From Candidatus Velthaea sp. (GTDB lineage Bacteria > Vulcanimicrobiota > Vulcanimicrobiia > Vulcanimicrobiales > Vulcanimicrobiaceae), in contig JBEKHC010000121.1 in assembly GCA_050012475.1 (NCBI GenBank), positions 1 to 25,328 of the forward strand: a stretch of 25,328 nucleotides of DNA, read 5' to 3'. Under the pieces are notes generated by a model. That model was not told the DNA's origin. It was given only the letters and a program-made list of their open reading frames with translations, and did no database searches. This document shows positions 1 to 7,352 of this stretch, one piece after another. Both the position numbers and the translations under genes were made by a program. The stretch's first letter is position 1. Each line of letters opens with the position of its first letter.

Positions 1-276
1 AGCGTAACCAACAACGAAAGTGGAGGATATGAGGTCTATCGCGCAAGCAAGGCTGCACTCAACACACTCATGCGGAGCTTTGCCGCACGACACGCAGGCG
101 ACAATCGAACGCTGCTGCTCTTGGCGCCGGGCTGGGTGCGCACCGACATGGGAGGGCCGAAAGCACGTCTGGGCATCGACGAAAGCATTCCCAGCCTCGT
201 AAACACCATCGAAGCGCAACGTGGGAAGACCGGGCTGCAGTACCTCGACTATCGCGGGCAAACCGTGCCCTGGTAG
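1..276 (+). CDS. Short-chain dehydrogenase/reductase (CsgA/C-factor-like), 5' end outside window
   Basis: Frame open from base 1: SVTNNESGGYEVYRASKAALN (catalytic YxxxK) continuing into LLAPGWVRTDMGG...YLDYRGQTVPW*. Confidence 0.9.
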   Translation, partial: SVTNNESGGYEVYRASKAALNTLMRSFAARHAGDNRTLLLLAPGWVRTDMGGPKARLGIDESIPSLVNTIEAQRGKTGLQYLDYRGQTVPW

Positions 277-910
277 CGATAGAGGCTCCGTTGCCTCGAA
301 CAAAACCACGTCACGCAACATGGTTTTGATCGACCTCGACTCGAAAACCGAAGTCGCGCCTTTGCGGCGGTTAGCGTCCGGTCGTCGAGTGCCACTGGGC
401 TGCCGTCTCGCGCGAGTGCCAGTACGCAGCGATCTCGCCCGCGAACCCTTCGTACGTCCGCGGCGAATGGCCGAGCAGTGCCGTTAGGGGTTCCCGATCG
501 CGTGGGCCGGCCGCGAAGCCGCGCTCGAGATACCCTTGATACATATGCGGATGTCGAAGGCCGACAGGCCGGAGCGCGCACGCAGCACCCTGATGCTCGA
601 TGCAAACTGGTTCTAAACACCGCTGCTATGCTTTCGCCGCCGAGTCTGCAAAAAGCGCTTTCTCTTAAAGGCGAGCGCCGCATCAGCGAAGCGGTGCGCC
701 GGCAAACGGAAGAGTACAGCCCGTCTGATTTTGGGCAGGCTCCGAAAGTGCCGGACTCTCGGCCCGTGCCGCTCTTCCGCAAGAGGGCGAACGGGTCCGG
801 CGAATTCCTTAGCCGGAGCGCGGGCGAGTGCGATTTCTGAGCCGAGCGTGGAGTTTTCGATCAAAGCGCGAAAACACTGACCCGCGAACTTGACGACCCG
901 GAGGTTATCG

Positions 911-2119
911 ATGCGAATGTTGTCCTCACGCGCGCTATGTTTCGTCGCGTGCTTGCTGTTGGGCGCCGCGATGGTGAGAGCTGCATCCGCGCAGCCGTCG
1001 CCGGGAGACCGGTCAGTCCGTGCGGCGATCGATGCGGCCGTGCAAAAGGAGCGTAAGATTTTTGGCGGGCATACGCCGGTTCCCGGCGTGCTCATCGAAG
1101 TCTCGGACAAGACCGGCAACTACGTGCGCACGTATGGTTACGCCGACCTCGCAACGCATCGCAACCTCACCGCCCAAGATTATTTTCGTATCGGCAGTAA
1201 TACGAAGACCTTCGTGATCAGCGTACTCTTACAGCTCGTCGATGAGAAAAAACTCCGCCTTGACGACCCGCTCAGCACGTTTGCGCTGGGTGTGGACATT
1301 CCTAATGCCCAGAACATCACGGTGCGCGAACTGTGCCAAATGCGCAGCGGTCTGTTCGAGGCCTATAATACGCCCGAAATTGCCAAAATGAACATTACCG
1401 GAAAGTCGACGTTTGATGCCCGGACGCTGGTAGGATGGGCCGTGCATCAAAAGCTGCTTTTCGCACCCGGCACGAAATACAACTACAGCAATACGAACTA
1501 TTTGATCCTCGGCCTCATCATCGAAGCCATAACGAAAGATACGGTCGCGCACGAAATCGAAGATCGTCTGCTGCGGAAATTTGCCCTCAGCCATACGTCG
1601 TATCCGGAAACGCAAGAAATGCCGAATCCTTGGGCCCACGGCTACGGCTTGAACGCGAAGAAAGGGTGGGACGATGTCAGTGGCACGATACCCGTTTCGC
1701 TGATGGGTTCCGCTGGAGAGATGGTCTCCGACATGCAGGACATGACGACCTGGACGAAGCTCTACGTCACCGGTAAAACGAACGGTGCGGCGACTCAAAA
1801 AGAGCGGCTGGATTGCATCTACACGGGAAAAGGCAACAACTACTTCGGTTTGGGGATCGGGTGCAGCGCCGGGTACTTCGGCTATACCGGCGGGCTCCCG
1901 GGCTACAACACGGCGAACTTCTACGAGCCGTCCACCGGAACGTTCATCCTCGCGTGGGTGACCGTGCAAAACGATACGCCCGCACCGGGCGTTGCGAATG
2001 CGATCGCTCGCGAGATCGCTCGTATCTTAACCCCGGATCACGTTCCGTTCTTGGTCACCGCCGAGGCGGCGAACACGCGACCCCACCGGCAACCGGCCCG
2101 CTTCGTGCACGGCAGGTAG
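911..2119 (+). CDS. Secreted serine hydrolase, beta-lactamase/D-Ala-D-Ala carboxypeptidase (AmpC-like) family
   Basis: FRIGSNTK (SxxK), YNYSNTNY (YxN), GYTGGLPGY; hydrophobic signal peptide ending ASA. Start set at ATG 911 after GAGG (ORF track begins at 890). Confidence 0.9.
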   Translation: MRMLSSRALCFVACLLLGAAMVRAASAQPSPGDRSVRAAIDAAVQKERKIFGGHTPVPGVLIEVSDKTGNYVRTYGYADLATHRNLTAQDYFRIGSNTKTFVISVLLQLVDEKKLRLDDPLSTFALGVDIPNAQNITVRELCQMRSGLFEAYNTPEIAKMNITGKSTFDARTLVGWAVHQKLLFAPGTKYNYSNTNYLILGLIIEAITKDTVAHEIEDRLLRKFALSHTSYPETQEMPNPWAHGYGLNAKKGWDDVSGTIPVSLMGSAGEMVSDMQDMTTWTKLYVTGKTNGAATQKERLDCIYTGKGNNYFGLGIGCSAGYFGYTGGLPGYNTANFYEPSTGTFILAWVTVQNDTPAPGVANAIAREIARILTPDHVPFLVTAEAANTRPHRQPARFVHGR

Positions 2120-2362
2120 GAAGCCGTTTCTGGCGGCACGTCCGCGAAATCGGCACCGACGCCGGCCGGTGCGCGAGAAGCGCTCAGCAGCTGTGCGCTC
2201 GCAAGCGGCCAGGGGTTCGGACCGACGCCGGCGTCGCCGAGTTTCACGGCGGCCGGACGCTTCTGTCCATCAGGTGTGTTTTGGCGTGGGCCGGGCTGGG
2301 CAATGCGTTGTCGGACCAGCCGGTTAATCCGCTGGCATGCAGGACGATGAGGGAGTTGGACG

Positions 2363-2605
2363 ATGCTTGATGATGACGTTTCCGACAGTGGAGCAGAGGG
2401 TAAGGCCGACGGCGGCGCGAGTGGGATCGCGGGTGTGCATGACGGCGGTGCGGACGGGGGAGCTGAGGGTCCAGCCGACGGCGGCGCATCGGGAAAGCCC
2501 GGCGTGCATGACGGTGGGGCGGACGGCGGTGCCGAAGGTCCAGCCGACGGCGGCGCGTCGGGAAAGCCCGGCACGCATGACGGTGGTGCGGACGGCGGCG
2601 CCTGA
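2363..2605 (+). CDS. 80-aa Asp/Gly-rich tandem-repeat peptide (DGGA repeats); putative substrate/precursor of the adjacent JmjC oxygenase
   Basis: GGGAG RBS 7 nt before ATG; MLDDDVSDSGA + 3 x EGxADGGASGxxGxHDGGADGGA; units 2 and 3 differ at four synonymous positions and one codon (V/T), indicating protein-level selection in this frame. Confidence 0.85.
   Translation: MLDDDVSDSGAEGKADGGASGIAGVHDGGADGGAEGPADGGASGKPGVHDGGADGGAEGPADGGASGKPGTHDGGADGGA
2396..2602 (+). repeat. Three imperfect 69-bp tandem coding repeats (2396-2464, 2465-2533, 2534-2602)
   Basis: Units align by eye without gaps, e.g. gccgacggcggcgc...gcatgacgg.gg.gcggacgg. Confidence 0.95.
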
Positions 2606-2621
2606 CGTCAAGCCGGAGTCG

Positions 2622-2665
2622 CGCGCGGGCAGGCGGCCGTTGCGGCTTTCCCGCGCGTAACTTTT
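2622..2665 (+). terminator. GC-rich stem-loop after the peptide gene (leaky terminator or mRNA-stabilising hairpin)
   Basis: CGCGCGGG (2622-2629) pairs with CCCGCGCG (2650-2657); inner GCCG-ttg-CGGC stem; followed by TAACTTTT. Confidence 0.6.
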
Positions 2666-2714
2666 GCGGCGAGCAGCGCACTCCCGCGAACTCGAAGTTG
2701 GGAGTGATGAGCAG

Positions 2715-3926
2715 GTGACGGCCGATCCTTTACTGCGAGCCACCGGGCTCTCGGTGAGCGAGTTCGCAGCATCGCACTGGGGGAGCGTTCCGCTGCTTCG
2801 TCGACACTCCGAACTCCCCGGCGAGGGTTTTGCCGACTTGCTTACGCTCGCCGCGGTCGATGAGCTGCTGTCGCGACGCGGGCTGCGCACGCCGTTCGTG
2901 CGCATGACGCGGGACGGCAACGTCTTGCCGCCGCGCCGGTTCACGCGCGGCGGCGGGGCCGGCGCGGACATCGCCGATCAAGTCGCCGACGATTTGGTCC
3001 TAAGCGAGTTCGCTGCGGGCGCGACGCTCGTGTTGCAAGGTTTGCACCGCCTGTGGCCGCCGGTACAGGAATTCGCGGTTGCGCTCTCGTCGCAGCTCGG
3101 GCATCCCGTGCAAATCAACGCCTACATCACCCCGCCGCAGAATACGGGCTTCGCTGCGCACTACGATGTCCATGACGTCTTCGTGCTTCAGTTTGCCGGC
3201 ACCAAGCGTTGGCGCATCCACCAACCCGTTTGGCCGGCGCCGCTCCGCGACCAGCCGTGGGACATGCACAAGACGGCCGTCGCTGCACGTGCCGCCGAGA
3301 TACCGCTTCTGGAGAGCGTGCTCGAGTGCGGCGACGCGCTCTACTTGCCGCGCGGCTATATTCACGCGGCCTCGTCGCTGGGTGAGGTTTCCGGACACCT
3401 CACCGTCGGAGTGCACGCCGTAACGCGTCACACGCTGGCAACGCAAGTGTTCGCGGCGCTTTCCGACGACGTCGAGCTGCGCCGGTCATTGCCGGTCGGC
3501 GTCGACTTGTCGGATGCCGACGTCCTTTCCGAAGAACTCGAAGCGACGGTTGCCGCGCTGCGGAGCGCGATCGACCGCCTCGATCGCGGCGCCGTCGCGC
3601 GGGGCGTGGGCAAGCATCTCGCCGAAACCACGCGTCCCGCGCCGCTCCGTCCGCTCGAACAGTTGTCGGCGGCCGCGACGCTGTCTCCCAAAACGCAGTT
3701 GCGCTTGCGCCCGGGACTGCGCCTGACGCTGCGACCCGACGGCGAGCAGCTTGCGATCGAGTTGGCCGATAAAGACGTTCGGGTGCCCGCCGCAGCGGCC
3801 GAAGCCGCGCGTGCTGCAACGTCGGGGATCGCCGTGACCGCCGAGAGCCTGCCGGGCATCGATGTCGCCGCAGCTTTGACCATGCTTCGACAATTGCTCC
3901 GTGACGGGATTCTCGTGCCGGTATGA
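2715..3926 (+). CDS. JmjC/cupin_4 Fe(II)/2-oxoglutarate oxygenase, ROXA(YcfD)/NO66-like
   Basis: GATLVLQGLH, NAYITPP, GFAAHYDVHDVFVLQFAGTKRW (HxD, 2OG Lys), GDALYLPRGYIH (distal His); C-terminal winged-helix-like segment. Start uncertain: GTG 2715 after GGGAG vs TTG 2664. Confidence 0.9.
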   Translation: MTADPLLRATGLSVSEFAASHWGSVPLLRRHSELPGEGFADLLTLAAVDELLSRRGLRTPFVRMTRDGNVLPPRRFTRGGGAGADIADQVADDLVLSEFAAGATLVLQGLHRLWPPVQEFAVALSSQLGHPVQINAYITPPQNTGFAAHYDVHDVFVLQFAGTKRWRIHQPVWPAPLRDQPWDMHKTAVAARAAEIPLLESVLECGDALYLPRGYIHAASSLGEVSGHLTVGVHAVTRHTLATQVFAALSDDVELRRSLPVGVDLSDADVLSEELEATVAALRSAIDRLDRGAVARGVGKHLAETTRPAPLRPLEQLSAAATLSPKTQLRLRPGLRLTLRPDGEQLAIELADKDVRVPAAAAEAARAATSGIAVTAESLPGIDVAAALTMLRQLLRDGILVPV

Positions 3927-3948
3927 TGGTCGCTGAAGCAGGCATCAG

Positions 3949-4872
3949 CTGACCGCGCGCGGCTATCGCTGCGCTGTCCATGCCGAATTGCGCGGCGATT
4001 CCATGCTCGGCACGGCATCGCCGCACGCGCGAGTCTTGCTCGTGCACCAACCGGGGGCGTGGGGGCCGCGCGGTTTGGTCGAGAGCCGATGCGATCCGGA
4101 CGTTGCACGTCGAATCGACCGTGCCGCTGCCGACGCGGGGATGCGCCTACAGGCGATCCGCCGGCCCGGGAAACACGAAGTCGGCCAACCGGCCGGCGGC
4201 TATCTCGTGGGCATCGCTGATACGCGCGGCGAGCCTCCGGCGATCGTGTGGTGGCGCACCGACAGCTTGGCAGATATCGCCGCGGAACTGGCCGGAGGAT
4301 TCCCCCGCCGGCCGCCGGCCGAGATCGACACGGCTCCGATGTATCTCGTGTGTGCTCACGGGCGTCACGACGCGTGCTGTGCGTTGCGCGGCCGCCCCCT
4401 CGCGCAAGCCTTGCAGGTCGCGCGGCCAGGCCGGGTTTGGGAGACGACGCATTTGGGCGGTGATCGCTTTGCGGCAAACCTCCTGGTCTTGCCGACAGGT
4501 GAGCTGTACGGGCGGGTAACGCCGGACGTTGCCGCCGAGTTTGCCGATCGCGTCGACGCAGGCGAAGTGGTGCCCGGACTCATGCGTGGACGCATCGGCC
4601 TTGCACCGATCGCGCAGGCTGCGCTGATCTACGCGCACGACCAACTCGGAATCGTGGCTCGCGATGCGTTATCGGTACGCTCGGTTCACCGTGTCGATGC
4701 CCAGCGCGCGCATGCAAACGTCGTTACCCCGCGGGGCCTGATCGTAGTGACGGTCGGCATCGAAACGAGCGCGGCTGCGCAGTTGACCTGTCGCGGACCC
4801 CAGGGGGCGCGGGCACGCGAATACCGCGGACTCGCAATTACGGAAGTTGACACCGACAGCGTCCTATCATAG
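3949..4872 (+). CDS. Sucrase/ferredoxin-like (thioredoxin-like [2Fe-2S], Apd1/Aim32-related) protein
   Basis: LVCAHGRHDACCALRGRP, WETTHLGGDRFAANLLVLPTGELYGR, C-terminal LTC; frame open upstream of TTG 3988 through GYRCAVHAELRGDSMLGTA to a possible CTG start at 3949. Confidence 0.88.
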   Translation: MTARGYRCAVHAELRGDSMLGTASPHARVLLVHQPGAWGPRGLVESRCDPDVARRIDRAAADAGMRLQAIRRPGKHEVGQPAGGYLVGIADTRGEPPAIVWWRTDSLADIAAELAGGFPRRPPAEIDTAPMYLVCAHGRHDACCALRGRPLAQALQVARPGRVWETTHLGGDRFAANLLVLPTGELYGRVTPDVAAEFADRVDAGEVVPGLMRGRIGLAPIAQAALIYAHDQLGIVARDALSVRSVHRVDAQRAHANVVTPRGLIVVTVGIETSAAAQLTCRGPQGARAREYRGLAITEVDTDSVLS

Positions 4873-5250
4873 CTTGGGTTCGATGCGTTCGCTTTCGCTA
4901 TAGATTTCTATCGGGTAGCCGTCCGGATCGTGGACGCGGCCGACGTACACGGGGCCGCGTTGAACCGGTGCCTCCACGATCGGCACATTCTCTGCGCGAA
5001 AATGCTCGAACCAGGCATCGACGTCCGCAGCGCTGTCGACGCGGAAGCCGAAGTGAAAGCCTCCGCCGATGTGCGGCGTCCCTTGTGCGAGGACGAGCAG
5101 AAACGTGGGCGTGTGAATGCGAATCGTCGTTTCGGTACGTACGGCGGGCAAGGCGAAGACGTCGCGATAAAAGCGTTCGCTTGCGGCGAGGGAGGCGACA
5201 TCGAGATTGAGGTGCGTAACGGAGCGCGCGGCGAGTGATTCCGGGGCCAT
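4867..5250 (-). CDS. VOC/glyoxalase family protein
   Basis: THLNLDVASLAASERFYRDVF, FHFGFRV, DPDGYPIEI. Confidence 0.9.
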   Translation of the reverse strand: MAPESLAARSVTHLNLDVASLAASERFYRDVFALPAVRTETTIRIHTPTFLLVLAQGTPHIGGGFHFGFRVDSAADVDAWFEHFRAENVPIVEAPVQRGPVYVGRVHDPDGYPIEIYSESERIEPKL

Positions 5251-5313
5251 AGCGAGAGCGCTTTACGCGCACCCGATTCGCCGCGCCTTCCGGTCGGTGC
5301 AGGCTTGCCCAAA

Positions 5314-5745
5314 TCAACATACCGAAGGCCCGGGAAGCCGAGGGATTGATCGCTCGAACGTGCAGACGTCGCCAGACATCGAGCGAGACCGCTTGCTGTT
5401 CGCGGGTTGGCCGGGTGCGGACATCAACGGACTCGCGTGCCGCAGCGAATACAGAAGTGGATCGAACGAGTCGGCGATTGCCGCGGCTTGCTGCATGTGT
5501 TCATATGCTTCTTGATTTGCCTGCATCGCTTCGAGCGCAGCCAGGGATCGCCACTGCACATAGTTGGCGATGCGAGAGCCGTCCAGACTCTTGTGCAGCT
5601 TTGCCGAAATAAACCCCGGCTGATGCCGCATCGTGTTTTCGGTCGCGTGCACCAAAAGCGCCAGCAGTTCCTCCGAGCGATCGGGGTGTCCGGTGAACCT
5701 GTTGATGAGGACGATGTGTTCGTCTTCCGGCAGGAGAGCAATCAT
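5314..5745 (-). CDS. Antibiotic biosynthesis monooxygenase (ABM) domain protein
   Basis: VLINRFT...MRHQPGFISAKLHKSLDGSRIANYVQWRS; last ~40 aa look like a non-homologous extension. Confidence 0.85.
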   Translation of the reverse strand: MIALLPEDEHIVLINRFTGHPDRSEELLALLVHATENTMRHQPGFISAKLHKSLDGSRIANYVQWRSLAALEAMQANQEAYEHMQQAAAIADSFDPLLYSLRHASPLMSAPGQPANSKRSRSMSGDVCTFERSIPRLPGPSVC

Positions 5746-5787
5746 AACGGAGCCGGAAACGGGGCGGCGGCCTGTCCGGCGTTCCGT

Positions 5788-6492
5788 TTAAGGCACGCGG
5801 GCGGGAGATCGCTCCGATACGCTGGCGACGAAGGCCCCGATGTCTTCGGTGAAGCGCTCTTTTTCCGCGAAGATCAAGCCGTGCGACGCACCTTCGTAGA
5901 CGAGCAGCGTGCAGCCGGGAATACCCGCGGCCGTACGCTGGGCGGTGAGCGCAAGCGGTGTGAAGGTATCAGCATCGCCGTGAATCACGAGTGTCGGAAT
6001 GGAGAACGTTCGCACGCTCATCAGAAATCGCGAACATTCGATTGAGGTTCGCAGCGGCGTGTTGTGGATCGAGAGGTCGAGTATGCTTGCTGCGGCTTCA
6101 GCCGAGACGCCGGGCGCGAAGAAGTCGCGTGCGATCTCGGCAAAATAGCGCGGGCGATCTTGCTTGGTCGATTCGATGACTTGCTGCATCGCCTGGGCGG
6201 GCACGCCGTCCGGATTGTCGTGAGTTTGAAGCATGAACGGTGTGACGGTTCCGGCGAAAACCGCCGCTGCGACCCGCTCGGTGCCATGGCGTGTGAGGTA
6301 ACGCGCAATTTCGCCTGCTCCCATCGAGTGGCCGACCAACGTCAGATCGCGCAAGTCGAGCTCCCGGATGAGCGCGGCGAGATCGTCGGCAAAGGTGTCG
6401 TAATCGAAACCGTGCCCGACGAGTTCGGAGCGCCCGAAGCCGCGCTTGTCGTAAGCGATACAGCGGTATCCCCGTTCGACGAGCACGGTCAT
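5788..6492 (-). pseudogene. Alpha/beta hydrolase (non-heme chloroperoxidase/arylesterase-like), N-terminally truncated
   Basis: AYDKRGFGRS, LVGHSMGAGE, PTLVIHGDAD, GASHG present; family N-terminus with the HG oxyanion motif absent upstream; segment before IPTLVIHG looks a few residues short. Confidence 0.7.
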
Positions 6493-7352
6493 AATGCCGA
6501 CTGACGAGTTATGCCGCGCAGGCTGTCTTTTTATCAGGTCCTAGCTTATAAGACAGGCGTTATCATTCGGCATAATAAATGCCATTTCGCTTGCGCGCTC
6601 TTTCTGCATCGTGGGGTCTCGCCTCCCTCAATGTGGGCGACCAGAAAGAGCTATGAACATGAAGAGACCAGTAGCGCGCCCCACCGGAACTCTCGCCCGA
6701 CGATCATGGCGCAGCGAGGGTCGGGCGTGTTGACGTTGCTTCGATTGAGCGCACTGCGCGTGCGCAGCGCGATATGGGAAACCCGACGGGAGTATCACCC
6801 GATTCATCGGGCAATTCCGGCAGCAAAGCGGTTCGTGCGAAGCCGTCGCCGAACGGCTAGTAGGTCATTCGCTTGTTTGCACATGATGTTCGTGCAGGGT
6901 TCATGTGCGCCGACGGCCCTCAAAGGAACTGCGCGCGCTCCGATGCACCTACGCGCAAGGTTACCGCTATGCCAAGGCGCTTGACGCCCATGCCGCAGCG
7001 CGCTATCTCATCAAAGCACAGGTGACGCAGCAGTTCGAGCCAGGCGAGCGTCGCCGAATGGTCCGGGGTTGAAAAACCGGCGATTTCTGGCCCTCTGCCC
7101 GTGAGCACGGCGGCGCGTTGACGGCACGTGCTTACGCCTCTTCATAGAACTGACAGGTGGCTCGGCGGCCCTGATACCGGCCAAAACGCACGCGTATGCT
7201 GCGTGATCTGCACCGGCGTGACGTGATACCGTTGCCGCCCGCCGAATGAAGCAAGCAAACGTCCTCTGTCCCGTTGCGGGGGCAAACCGACCGCGGTACC
7301 ATTCAAGAAGCTCCGGCCGCATTTCTCGCATGGCTGCGCGATGTAGCAGATT

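Noticed and set aside
277..890. ORFs 221-487, 478-840 and 249-782
   Set aside because: No recognisable motifs or RBS; cannot support a gene call.
2038..2574. Minus-strand PPSA-repeat ORF and the other repeat-frame ORFs (2337-2660 +, 2244-2681 -)
   Set aside because: Shadows of the DGGA peptide; the RBS and operon orientation support the 2363 frame.
2396..2602. 69-bp repeats as a CRISPR array or non-coding VNTR
   Set aside because: No unique spacers or cas genes; unit length is a multiple of 3 and variation is mostly synonymous in one frame.
7278..7320. c-di-GMP-I riboswitch-like GGCAAACC
   Set aside because: The GAAA tetraloop and GACGCAAAGC elements are absent.
6500..7350. ORFs 6511-6984, 6920-7108 and 7011-7331
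   Set aside because: No motifs; Arg/Ser-rich composition typical of non-coding GC-rich DNA; possibly degraded sequence.
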